A stretch of DNA of 54,804 nucleotides, counting the filler, from Dimargaris cristalligena (taxonomy: Eukaryota), in NCBI GenBank assembly GCA_003614675.1. It is 4 parts of 4 records of this genome, joined end to end, with 100 filler letters (N's around TTAATTAATTAA, not from the genome) between each part and the next. Parts side by side here need not be neighbours in the genome. Positions count along the whole stretch, not along the records: positions 13,860 to 27,487 come from ML002982.1; positions 27,588 to 41,157 come from ML002983.1; 2 more parts are not named here. One strand, 5' to 3'. Of this stretch, positions 24,877 through 36,883 are shown in pieces. The stretch's first letter is position 1. Every line of letters starts with the position of its first letter. Both the position numbers and the translations under genes were made by a program. The notes under the pieces were generated by a model. That model searched no databases. It saw only the letters and a list, made by a program, of their open reading frames with translations, and was not told where the DNA came from.

Positions 24877-26745
24877 TAAACGTACAGAGCCCAACTCGAT
24901 GAATCTACATCTAATCCACTTCATTTCTGGATTAAATTGGTATTAAACCCACCACCACCCACTGTTTTTCGGTCCTTATATTCTAGTACCTGTGTTGTAG
25001 TCCGGGTTTTTCACCAGTTCCGCCGATTAGATTACTCCGCATCATTATTCGTATTTTTGTTACTTCCCATTCTCCTCTACAATTACTCCTGGTCGACAAC
25101 ATATGAAATAATCACAATAAAAACCTGGACTGGTAACCAGGCAAACTGGTGCCATATAGCTAAGCCTTGGTTTTACCATAGTCGGTTTTATTTTGAAGAT
25201 ATTGGTTATGAAATCGTCGATTCGAGGCCGGTTTACACCTTAGCAGTTTCTGGATCACTTCATTCCGTAACATTACATCTTCAAACTAATCCAACCCTTG
25301 CTCACAAAGTTCCTCGTTTCTCACCCCCATCACCTAAAGTGCCCCACATACCACGTTTGGAGCGGACATTGATTTGGCACTCTGTAGGCGTTGTTACGTC
25401 CATGTTAATATTATAATTCTTCCTCCAGACACCATGTGGGTGCCGCATAGGTGATGCAAATTAATGCGGTTTAATTCATTCTTCGGTTCCATGGCCCTAC
25501 GTTGCGGGGTGTAACGATATAAGGGTTTAGAGAGGACCTCACTTCGTTCAACGTCAATGTTGGTGTTAAGACGAAGGTTTATTCAAAGTATAAGAAAATA
25601 ATAGGTAAAAATAAGGAAATAAGTGAAAGAACTAAAGCGGTGATGTAGAATGTTGAGGATTATGATGATTGTTGTTTTTCAACGTCCACTGAGGACGTTC
25701 TTTTTATAGGAATGGATATAGTTACTGAAAGCGAGACACGATTATGGCATGTTGTGGTGGGGCCGGGATACCCCGGAAGGATGCAGAGCAGCGATGACTC
25801 AGACTGCTGAATAATAATTAGGGAGACGCGAAGGGACGTCGATAATATTATGTGCGTTAGACAAGGGGCGTAAAACGTCACACGGGGCACAATTGACGAA
25901 CAACATATGGGGGAGGCTCAGCCTGGCTGTAAAGCGAAGAATCCTATTAATCACGAGACACGCATTACCAGCTAAACTAATGGCTGCCCCCCTTTATTAA
26001 TATATATATATATATATATACCGACCAGTTAAAATACCATACGATCGAGATGTATTCCATAACTGCATGATAGCGGTAATAAAAACATAGCATGGTGACG
26101 GCCTGTCGTGTCCTTCCAGATTAAGGACACCAAACGAACCGCCCTGGGAATTCAAACCCATTTGTTCTAAGCCAGACTAAAAGTACCTTCTTCATCGCAT
26201 GCCCTTCCACCTTTTAAATTTGCATTATTATCTGGTATGTACCCGTCAGTTACCTTGAACATTACTCTAGTAAGCCCCCACTGGCGAGGAAGACGACAGA
26301 TCCATGGTACGTTTGAGGAAGGAGGAGGTCACTTGTCCAACTAAAGGAATCCAACCATGTTTACCTGTGATCCAAGAGCAGTAAGGTCATTCTGAAGAAT
26401 GGTGGTGACTGTTGGGGTGTACAATTTGCTCTGGGATAGCAACGTATTATAGAAACCACAAAAGTATGCCACTGTCACCAAACTTTGAACTGTTTGGTCT
26501 TGTCTTATTCTTACTTAGTCACTAAGGGTACCAAAATAAAATATAAAACAACAACTGGTGATTGAATACACATGTCCTATTCCAATTGCACTAAAATGGC
26601 TGCCCGTCATTTCCAGTCAGTCTATTGTTATAATCTTTCACCAAAGGTTAGAAAGCTTCACATTTCTTATTAGGGATGTAGTATTTTGGCCATAACTATG
26701 CTAAGACTAGGTGGTTATCATCTGATCAGTGGCTAAGCAAGTCCG

Positions 26746-27487
26746 GTAGGGTTTAATATTGGCCATCAGCAATGCATCACAATGGCTGACAAGTGGATTC
26801 ATCTCTATCAAATAAGGCATACCATGGGTGACAATGAAGGGTTTAGGCATTGTAGCTAGTCAGATCACCCTTGGGAGAAATTATATGGATATTCAGGGTG
26901 CTTTTCTGCATTGTTATCACAGAAATACTATGTAATAGAAGCCTTCATTCAACAACCTTGGTCACAACCCCATATCCCAGGACCAGATATTGCAGGAAGA
27001 ATACCTTATACTATAACACCATTTGATTATGCCTAACCATAATACAATGGCCATTGTGCTATAAATTTATTAATTATAATAGACATCTATTAAGCCATTT
27101 GACCAGGCCACAAAGCAAACACTGGGGTATTGGTTCCCCATAAAGTTATTGAGATAAACACATGTTTGCTATTCACTTTAAAGAGATAGTTAGGTACCAG
27201 CACAGTATAAATACAGGCAAATTTCACCACTGGTATCCATACCACATACTTATCTACTTACCACCTTGCACTTACATCTGCATGTCTCAAACTTTCATAG
27301 TCTTTCCCTCCTCAACTACACCTCTCTTTCTCTCCCTCTCCCCTCCTGCAATAACCAGAACCAGACCCTTACTCCTCTTCCCAGTGGTCATATTGTGGTG
27401 CCCCACCACATTACACTTTTCCCCTCTTTCCCTTCCTTTCTATGTTAGTCCCATGATTCCCAGTGCTCATCACACTGGTGGGATTCC
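26746..27487. repeat. CpG-free tract, probable decayed repeat at contig end
   Basis: No CG dinucleotide seen over ~740 bp of complex sequence. No recognisable ORF. Runs into the gap. Confidence 0.5.
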
Positions 27488-27587
27488 NNNNNNNNNNNNN
27501 NNNNNNNNNNNNNNNNNNNNNNNNNNNNNNNTTAATTAATTAANNNNNNNNNNNNNNNNNNNNNNNNNNNNNNNNNNNNNNNNNNNN
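27488..27587. other. Artificial contig spacer (N44-TTAATTAATTAA-N44)
   Basis: Same 100-bp linker design. Confidence 0.98.
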
Positions 27588-27637
27588 TTACCTCATCAAA
27601 TGGATTATTCGTTATACAGCCTGGATGAACTTCTGCC
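27588..27637. mobile_element. MITE terminal fragment at contig start
   Basis: TTACCTCATCAAATGGATTATTCGTTATACAGCCTGGATGA matches 13719-13759 at 37/41. Continues into the TIR (GATGAACTTCTGCC) followed by ATAT. Confidence 0.7.
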
Positions 27638-28150
27638 ATATCAAGCTCGGTTATACTAAACCTTATAAAGGCCAGCGGGAAAACTCGTCCTTCCTATAGA
27701 TTAATCGGTTCTTCCCACCAATTAGTGAACCATTATAAGACAAAGGTATTGGTACCATCGAGGTCGTCGTACCTTTATTAATTCCCTTGCCAAGATAATG
27801 TGGATCGGCAACGGGTCATTCCAGTAAGCCCTAAAGAGGTAGCCCCATATTACGCTTGAAGTAATGGTGGAGTAATTTTTTAATTCTGGCGTTTTAAATA
27901 TAGATATATATATATCTATATCTATATAAACGATAAGAACAAGACGAGTCATTAAAATATAGAACAAACGTTAGGGAAGGGTGTGTTTGCTGTTAATGGG
28001 GGCAATTTGGCCCAGCAAAAAAAAAGGGAAACGTAACTGATTAAATAGGTCAATCCAATTGAGGAGGAAGGTTCCTCAAATAAACCTGTGGAAGAAGATG
28101 GCTACTAAGCGACAATAATAATAATAATAATAATAATAAGGGTGAAAGGA

Positions 28151-29431
28151 TTAGGCCGCTGGCTTGGAGTCCGTGGAGGCCGAGGCAACCGGGGAATCAA
28201 ATTCCTTCAACTTGTAGTCACTCTCTGGGCTCAGGGCCATGAACTCCTTGGTACACGACCACCCATTCAGATGGATACTCTTGGTAGGGTCACAGTGGCA
28301 CTTGTTGCGATTAATCTCGGGATCATTGGGGCAGTGGGAGATGGGGTTATGGAAATAACCGATATCCTCGAACCAGTGCACCTCATCCTTGCGGAGGAAC
28401 ATGGCCACGGCCAAGGAGTGGACGGGGGCATCGCCCCAACGCTCGTAGAAGAAGCCCCCGGCCTTGTCCAGGTAATCAAAGTAGGCCATGTACTCCTTGG
28501 AGCGGAGCCAGCTGAGGCTTCCGATTTCGAAGTTGGACCAGAAATGGCACAGGTTGTAGTCGTCGGTCTTGGGGTCCACCACCCACTCCAGGGTGTTGGG
28601 GTGGGCCACTAAATTAGGGTTATCCAACATGAAATGCTTGGTGGTCTCCCAGAGCGTGGGGATGGTTTCCCGGTATTCGTGGATGGAGATGGTGAACCCG
28701 TACTTGAGATTGCGCTCCTGCATCATCAGGAACGGGTCGTAATCGACATCACAGGCGAACTTGACGCCGGGCTCGACGCGCCAGTAGTAGTCGTAGTCGG
28801 CCATCAACGGGTGGCGGAAAAAGAAGCCGGACTCGTAGCGACACATGTGACGGTAGGATTCACTCCAGCCGTAAATGATGGACTTCATTTTCTCGCGGGT
28901 TTCGGCGGCCTTCTTTTCGGAGATCCAACTGGGGTAGCCCCAGTGTTCCTTGGGAATGAGGCCAAAGGTGGTATTGCCCTTGGTCATGGCGGAGGTCATT
29001 TCCTTGAATTCGTCGGAGAATGGCTCATTGTTCAGGAACACGTAGGGGTAGTTGTACTTGCTGTTGAAGCGATCCTCGAGTTCCCGCATAGTGGCCCGCA
29101 TCTCGTGGACATCACTATTGCGGACGAGCACCACGAAGGCGGCCTTCACCCGCTTGCCGGGGGCCACGTTATCAACGGGCACCAACGGCGGCAAAGGGGT
29201 AGCGGTGTCGTAGCTCTTTTCGAGCTCGGCGGCACCCTTAGGAGGAGCGGCGGCGGAGGACTGGGCCGAAGAGTCCACCACAACGGGGGCCGGGACCACC
29301 CGCTGGGCCTGGGAGTCGGAGTCGGTCGAGCGGCGGATGGGGTTGCCGGAGAAGAGCAGATGGAGAATGAGGACCACTGCGCCAAGGGCGAAGATGGCCT
29401 TGTAGGTGGTGCGGTTCAGCAGACTGGCCAT
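28151..29431 (-). CDS. Alpha-1,2-mannosyltransferase, GT15 (KRE2/KTR/MNT1 family)
   Basis: N-terminal type II anchor, AAFVVLVRN, YPYVFLN, SYRHMCRY.SGFF, YYWRVEP, YNLCHFWSNFEI and GGFFYERWGDAPVHS. Intronless. Confidence 0.95.
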   Translation of the reverse strand: MASLLNRTTYKAIFALGAVVLILHLLFSGNPIRRSTDSDSQAQRVVPAPVVVDSSAQSSAAAPPKGAAELEKSYDTATPLPPLVPVDNVAPGKRVKAAFVVLVRNSDVHEMRATMRELEDRFNSKYNYPYVFLNNEPFSDEFKEMTSAMTKGNTTFGLIPKEHWGYPSWISEKKAAETREKMKSIIYGWSESYRHMCRYESGFFFRHPLMADYDYYWRVEPGVKFACDVDYDPFLMMQERNLKYGFTISIHEYRETIPTLWETTKHFMLDNPNLVAHPNTLEWVVDPKTDDYNLCHFWSNFEIGSLSWLRSKEYMAYFDYLDKAGGFFYERWGDAPVHSLAVAMFLRKDEVHWFEDIGYFHNPISHCPNDPEINRNKCHCDPTKSIHLNGWSCTKEFMALSPESDYKLKEFDSPVASASTDSKPAA

Positions 29432-29611
29432 GATCGGAAGTCAAGTGGGCCAGGCGCTGGCTGGCTGGTGCGATAAGTAGGAGTGTGTGTGTGTGTGTGT
29501 TACAAGGTGGGGGATATAAAATATTATTAAAACAAAGTAGAGGAATAAAGTAACACCAAGGTGAACTAAGATAAGTCGTAACTCGATGGTGCTAGTTAAG
29601 GACCGGCGGGG

Positions 29612-29651
<40 letters not shown>

Positions 29652-31492
29652 TGAGGGTCGACTAAATAGGCTTATAGAAGGGGGATGGTATGGTACATAT
29701 AAGTAGAGAAGTAGGAGGGGCATCTGAAACTCTACTAAAGAACAGAACTAATGGGCGGACTCACCCACACCTGCCCCTATTGTTCTGCCTGGTGAGCCAA
29801 TCACACTAATACCAACTGTGGCTGCTTGGGAACCTCGAATACTGGGCAATCCCCCTGCTCCATGGGCTGGGGGAATGAAAAAAGTAGGATTACTACTAGT
29901 ATTCCCCAGGCGGGCAAATGTCCCTCTTTCTCTCTTTATTCCCCTCTTCTTCAGCCCAAAAGAGCTACGAGAGAAATACATCAATGAATATCTAATAAGG
30001 CCTGGCAGAGAAAGACGACCCACAACAGCAGCACTAAGGGAGGGGATCCACCCCAACATTCCTGAATTAGACGGCGATCGGTACATATATCCCCACTGGG
30101 CGGATAACGCCGCTCTTCCGTATGTACATATATGGCCAGTATTATTGGCCTTGATTAGATTGCCATTGATAATGCTAAAAGGCCACGAACGAACCCCCTT
30201 TCGCCCGGGGCCATGGATCTTAGGCAAATAACCAATTAAATACACCAAGCCCCGAGACATCTAACAAGCGGTGGGGGGGGGATGTTGCTCCTCTCTTCTC
30301 CTTTGTCTAACTAGCGCAAAACCAATGGAGCCAATTCGGCGTATGGCCCAACCCTAAGCAACAAGTGATATAATCTCCGCAACGGAGTTTCTTTCGAATG
30401 GTGTAGTCGCCAGACTGGTCTCACATCACTATCTTCAATGTATTCCAGGGGCGGTAAGATGGTTGGCGGTAGCGAATGCTGTGTGTGGCACATGTACAAA
30501 ATAACTCAAGGCATACCACACCTTCTCTCCCTTGGTCTTGGATAAACCACGCTGACCTGGTTTTCCCCTGCGGTTAGTTGGTATCTCCTCCCACCTTGCC
30601 CTGTAAACCGAAAGCCGTCTTCCCCTCTTACCAATCCCCGTCGGTCTAATTATGGTTGGATGTGAATTAGGAATTATGGCTACGGGGGGGGTCCATATCC
30701 CCAAGACAAAGAAGTCAAGGACAATGTATATTATTGACATTTTCCCTAAAAATGGTCATTACTTTGCCCCCCCCCCCACCCATTGATCACACTTACATTC
30801 TCCTAATATCGCATTTGGATTGGCTGTAGAGATGTCAGTTGGGCTCGCAAGTCGATAAATCTAACTGTTGGCCGATACTTTAAGTATACTAACTAGTGGA
30901 ATTGAATGTACATTTCTATCTGCTGGACATGTGCTACCCCTTTAGATGAATTCCTCCTACCTTTCCACGCCCATATAAGTGCACCCTTTACTGAAACCCG
31001 CCAGCCCCTTGCACTAGACTGGCGACTAACTAACAGGACTGGGTAGCGCCATTTCGAGACTCCGCATGGTTCCCCAAACGATATATCTTACCCTCTGGAG
31101 GTTTAGTCTATTCCACGCTGAAAATTCCGTTTGGACGAGGCAGTTAATTTAAGTATACTGGTATGTGTGTATGTCGCTCACATATAATGCATCTCCATCT
31201 AAGGATTATATCGCCATAACATGTGCTAAACGCCGTTATAAACGCTTCAAGCCAAAATGAGGTATTTATCTAGTTAACCGTCCATCGAACGACCGGAAAC
31301 AAAAATATTATAATGCAATTTTCTGATACTTCCGTAATGTGCCTTCAAGAATATATGGCATGGTGTCCTAACGCAGTATTTTTCTTTTTTGTATTTGCAG
31401 ATGGCGTTGTAACTGGTGGTTAAATAGTGTGGCTCACAAGACCTTTCTTTTATAAAAAAAGGGGGAAGGTTAATAGTATATGGCCGGTAGTT

Positions 31493-34400
31493 TTAGCCTA
31501 GGCGTGAAGGAGTGGTTACCCGTCCATAGTCCAACAGCAACATAGTTCCGGCGTGTTCATAAACCGCCTGGAGGTCTTCCTCGAATTCCGGGATCGAGTC
31601 GGCGTAGGGAAGGGGGAACCCCGAGGCCGCTAAATTATGCGGGTCATTGAGACCAAAGGCCAGCGGGTGGTTATCCCTACTAACCGCCTCCGTTCCAATC
31701 CACGTTGAGCGAGGAGCCCCTAGGGGAGGGGGCGAGGAAAGGTGTGGTTTTCCTGTAGAGGCTGCCGATCCATGTATACCCTGTACCTTGCCCTCCCCGT
31801 TCAATGGTGGGTCGCCGCTACCGCTCGGTACATTGGCCGACTGTTCGTCTCGCTCCATCGTGGTATCCGAACGCATAGCACCATTTACCTTGAGCGCATT
31901 GGGGGATTCGTTAGCCGACCCGGTACCCCCTACTTCAACACTCATACTGCCATTACCGTTGTGCTGCGACTGTTGTTGTTGTTGTTGCTGTTGCTGGTTT
32001 CCGGCAATTTTGGAGCTTTGGCATTCCACATATCGCATAATGCGGTCTCGCATGGTTTGCATCCGTGTCAATAATCCACCGTAGCGCAGCTCTACCACTT
32101 CCCAGCCGTAGGGCTTATACATGTACATCCACAGTGCCCGATGGTACTGCCACAGCATCCGGGTATGGCGAATCAATGGCTCAAGGCGGGTGGAGACAAG
32201 TTCGTACAGCTGGTATAAATTACCACACCGGTAAGCGTAAACCATCCGTTCGCGGAGGTGGCATTTGTGGGCCAACACCTGAGCCAGGCGGGCGGGCAGC
32301 TGGAGCCGGAGATTAAGCGGGTAACGCTGCCGCTGCCCCGCGGCCCGGAATAAATGGCTGGATAGTTTCTGGTAGTGATCCTCGAGATCGAACCCCGTAT
32401 ACTGGGGGCTCATGAAACTGAGGAAGGGGTCCTCCCATAGAAGCCACTTGCTCAAGTTGGGCGGCAGTAGCATGCGGGCATCGGGCCCGGGTGCTCCGGA
32501 GGGATTGTGGATCGGCGGGGGCGCTTCATCCAGTTTACTGGCGTGGACCCAGTCGTCGAAGTGGCCCCCGCATATACTCGCAAATGAGTGGGTCATGAAC
32601 GAATGGTCGATTCGTTCCGCTGGGGTGTAGCCGTGGTGGGCCACAAACACCAGGGCCGGGAGGGCAGAGAAAAAATCGCATTCGTTTCCCTCGTCACCCC
32701 AAATGGTTAACATATAATGATCCACCCCACCGTTCGCGCGTTTCGAAACGGTCAAACTGGCCTGGTTCGATTCTAATGTGAAGGGCAGGGAACACCAGAG
32801 TCGATTCCAGGTCCAGGCTCCGCCGGCCATCCATGGGTTGGCGCAGCCCAGTTCACGGTGCTGCTGGAGCTTCTTGGCGTAAATCTCCGGATCAGTATGG
32901 TAGTAGTTCCAGAACACCAACTCGAGGTCGGGAGGCAGACAGTCAATGACGTGTTCGGAAGCGGCCGTGTTGTTTTGGTCGTAGTAAGCATGTAGGGCGT
33001 TGTTCTTGGCTGCTAGGCAAAAGAGCATGTCGGACCAGATCATGGGTTTAAGGTCCATGGTCCGACAGATGTCTGTCACCCGCTTGAGGTGATCCACGAA
33101 TATTTTGGTACCCTCTTCGTGGCCGTAAAATTCTCGGAAGCGACCCTCGCCAACCCCGTGGGCCTAAGGTAAAGTTCCGTGAATTAGGTGGTAATGGGCC
33201 GGAAACAGTTAGTATAGGTAATATACATTATATATAGTTTCAGAGACTGCAGTCAGTATGCTGACGGCTGGGGGACAGACCTTACCTATGTCCGGATTTC
33301 AGCATAAAATCCAGCTCACTAGCCTACTACCAAATCCCTTAACTACATACTATCTATAGACCGGGCCAAGAAATTCAAAATGCTACTTACCTCATCCATA
33401 CCAATGTGGATGCGCTTTGACCGGAACGGGGCAGTGACACTGCGGACCATTTTTTTCAATTAACTCATATGTTTCGTCAAACTTGCTAAGAAGCACCTCC
33501 GAAGTGTCCCGAACATGGGCGAAACGGGGCCACTGTAGAATCTGTCCAAGATGGCCTAGAGTCTGGATACAGGGAATAACCTCTACCCCTAGATTGAAGG
33601 CGTAATTGTCGATATCGGATAGTTCGTGATAGGTGTAAGGACCGCGTAGGTAGCCAAAGAATGGTTCATCGGGAACCTAGGGATTCAGATCCAATATGAG
33701 AGGGTTGACGAGATAAAGCCACATTGGGTGGGATGTTAGAGAGTGGTGTAGGTGTGTGTGTGTGTGGGGGGGTGAGTTAAATTTAACAGAAACTAGATGA
33801 ATAATTGTATCACTGCCATTTGTACACTTTAGTGTGTGATGCCATGTGCCTAGAACCGTACTAAGGTAAAATGTAGAGCAACGGAAAACAACCAATTTAA
33901 TGCCGCGATTTACCTTATAAGTGTCTTCGGTATATAGCTGGACCATGTTGATTCCCAGCAGGGAACAATATCGAAGCAATTCATGCACGCGGTCCACAAT
34001 GAGAACCCCGTTCCGACTGCAATCAATCATGGTTCCTAAGGTTTCCAATTGAGCCTCTTCCGAAAATGAGAATAGCTCTGCTGGCTCTGAGTCGGGCGTC
34101 ATGTGGTCAAAAGCGGTGACGATTCGACCTAGGGCCCGGAAGGCTATATTATGCGAGAATATAAAGTTTCCGTATACAAAATAATTTAAATATATCATTA
34201 GGAATGATGGGATGGTGGAGAGAATAGGCACTGGATGTGTGGTGTTACAGGTTGTATAAAACGGTTAGATTTGAATAGGATGGGGTAAGTCTGTACCTTC
34301 AATCGTGCGATGGTAGCGTACTAAAATATGGCCACCAGTGTCCGGTTCGTTGGAGGCGGGAAAATACCCCACCTGCAGATGCCGGCTCTCGATCATAAGC

Positions 34401-35065
34401 GGACTATGCTCAAAGGAGACCCGGTAAATTAATGTATTTGGTGCACCAGCCGAGGCAAGTGTCGCCTCAAGGGCACTATCTAGCACAATGTGCCGGGGGA
34501 TCAAATGGGGCACCAGTTCCAGCACCCCCGCCCGGATGTTTTCTGGCAGGGACCCATCCTCAATGACCAAATAGCGGGTGACGGGATGTGAGTAAGAACC
34601 GGCGCTAAAGACGGCGGAGAGAGGGGAGGAGGGTATAGCACTTCCGGAGGGACCGTGGCCGCCCCGCAGACGGTCGGCACGGGAGCCGGGTAGCGGCGAG
34701 GAGGGAGGGTGGGCCTCTGGGGTGGGTGAATAGACCTGGGCGGCGGTTTCGGGGGTGGCGGTGAGGTGAATAGAGATTTGGGGGGTGCTGGGGCCGGACG
34801 CGTCCATGTACTCGCCTTCGGAACTGGTGGCCATGGGGGCTAGGGTGCCCAATTGGAGGGCGGCCATGGGGGGGGGGGGGGCACCCGCGGGGAGGGACTC
34901 GGTGGCCACAGAGGCGGCTGGGTAGGGTAGGGTGGCCGGGATGGACGCCGTATCGGCAGCGGCCGAGAGGGGCGGGTCGTAGAGAGGAGGGCCGGGCGAA
35001 GCAGCGTCTTCCTCCATATCCTGGGACAGGAAGGAAGAAGGGTCGCTGGAAAAGGGGGCCGACAT
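31493..35065 (-). CDS. GH20 beta-N-acetylhexosaminidase (GcnA/HexD-like), 4 exons, apparent one-base frameshift in exon 3
   Basis: Exons 35065-34297, 34143-33914, 33676-33391, 33163-31493. Motifs MIDCSRNGV, LYTEDTY, PFFGYLRGPY, EVIPCIQTLGH, IHIGMDE|AHG (catalytic DE), MIWSDM and TIWGDEGNE. Exon 3 is 286 nt between two phase-0 junctions. Confidence 0.88.
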
Positions 35066-36883
35066 GCTAACTGTATGTGTGGTTTACGGAGCTAGCGGTG
35101 GCGAGAGGGCAATGCAATCAGGAGAACGGCTAGGAGAGAGGATATGGAGAAAGTCAAGGAGAAGAGATGGGTTAGTAATGGACAGTAGAGAGGAGGTGCT
35201 GCTGAGGCTTGGGTGTCAAATAACAGGGGGCAGTCTAGTCAGTCTAAGGAAAAGACGGAAAGGAAGGAAGGCCAGGCGGGGTGCCAATAGCCTACTAGAG
35301 ACGAGAACTCAACTTACCTTGGGAGTGATTTGATCAGAGAGGGTGAGAATATCTCCCGGCTTGGACTTGTGGTTATACAACGGCCCTATACTATTATAAT
35401 GGTATGGTATACAGCATATAGCATACAATCAATAATTATAAGAAATGATGAGGATTATTAGGGCACGCCCTTCTATGTGCCATTAGCCCTGGCTCTGGAT
35501 GTTTTTATCACCAGGCCCTCTATGAAGTCACTGTGATGCCATTGTGGCGATATTTCCTGCTATACGGTGGGCCAGCACCACCACCATCAGTATGCGCCGA
35601 TGACTAGCCTGACTGAGACATTAAGACATATTGACAACTCCGCCCTGTTATAATTAGCCCAATATTTGATAATCGTATTGTTTTGGGAGTGGTAGTGGTA
35701 GTGGAGGAGAAGATGGGTTATTATTAGAAATCACTGTGGGTGGGCCACTCTACAAGTCACAATGACGAGGCACAATGGTAGCCAGACCCATTCAGAGGGG
35801 ATCTGCGCAATCGACGTTTACGGGCTTGTAGTTAGTTGGCTGAATCTACTACTATGCGCAAATTGAATCAGGCAATTAATCAATGGAAGAGGAGGAAGAC
35901 AAGACTCTCACAAGGCTACTAAAATAAAAGCGCACGGGATAAACCCCATTTCCGCTCCCACTTTGACACTGACTTTGGCTTCGTTTCCGAATACCTGCAT
36001 GTATGCATGCTACGGTCTCTTGAAGCACTGGTGCGAACTCACAGCCGAGAGGGCTAGGGATGACGTTCGCAACAATATCAAGGGCCAAAGATTGTTGAGC
36101 TTTACCTCGGGCCATTTTTTCGAGGAATTTCCCCAGGCTGGTCAGCTCATAAACCGCCCTATTGAGGAGAGCGAGGCAGTTATTTTGGATGCGATGGAAA
36201 ACCAGTTGACTTTCACAATCCATAGTCAGTAGACCATTAGAGTGTCGTTGGAATAGGCAATAAAGTGTTGAAGGTACGCCCCTCTAACACTGTGGATTGC
36301 AAAAACAATTCCCACATTTGCCCTTACTTATTATTCGGGCTCATCGAAGCTTTGGTATATCATGACCGACCACCACCCCATATATATGCCCTTTATTATC
36401 TTTACTGTCTGACCCTTCTATTAAAATGCAGTTTCGACTATACCGGCTCATTCGAGTAACTCGCCGATTGTTCCCATTAGTGCGGATCAGTCTAACGGGT
36501 TCACTATATTTATTCGTGGGGCTCTTAATTCAACCACAACAAGGGTTAATAGGCTATCTTAGTGCGGGTATTGTGAAGACCCCCACCACCCCCGCTTTAG
36601 CGCCATAATTTTATAGGATTCCCTTCTCTGTCTGCTTATTGGCATAGAGTTTCCCACCGCCTCGGCGAAACCTTCCCGCGAAACCCACTCTGCCACACAT
36701 TCATCGCCCTCCCTCCCTTGCTTTTTTGTCAGCAGTTGCCCTTTCTGGTTCTGTTTCACTTGGTTTCCCGCAAGAGTCTCTTTAACCAGCCTCGAAGTCA
36801 GGAAGTGTCCTTCCTAATCGCCAACCTACAATTAGCACTATTCACATTCCAACCTCCATTTTCGTCCTTCCAAAGACCTCATT

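Noticed and set aside
25662..25728. ATGATGA...CTGA as a box C/D snoRNA
   Set aside because: Only ~8 nt of possible rRNA complementarity, overlapping the D box, and no terminal stem.
13719..27628. End of contig 1 overlapping the start of contig 3
   Set aside because: The 41-bp match has 4 mismatches, so these are different MITE copies rather than a true overlap.
29748..30260. Overlapping 170-aa and 137-aa ORFs upstream of the GT15 gene
   Set aside because: No codon bias or motifs; likely chance ORFs in promoter DNA.
35311..35360. ACTTACCT...TGATCA resembling the U1 snRNA 5' end
   Set aside because: No U1A loop (ATTGCAC) or Sm site follows. Better explained as a minus-strand 5'-UTR intron donor (AAG|GTAAGT) of the GH20 gene.
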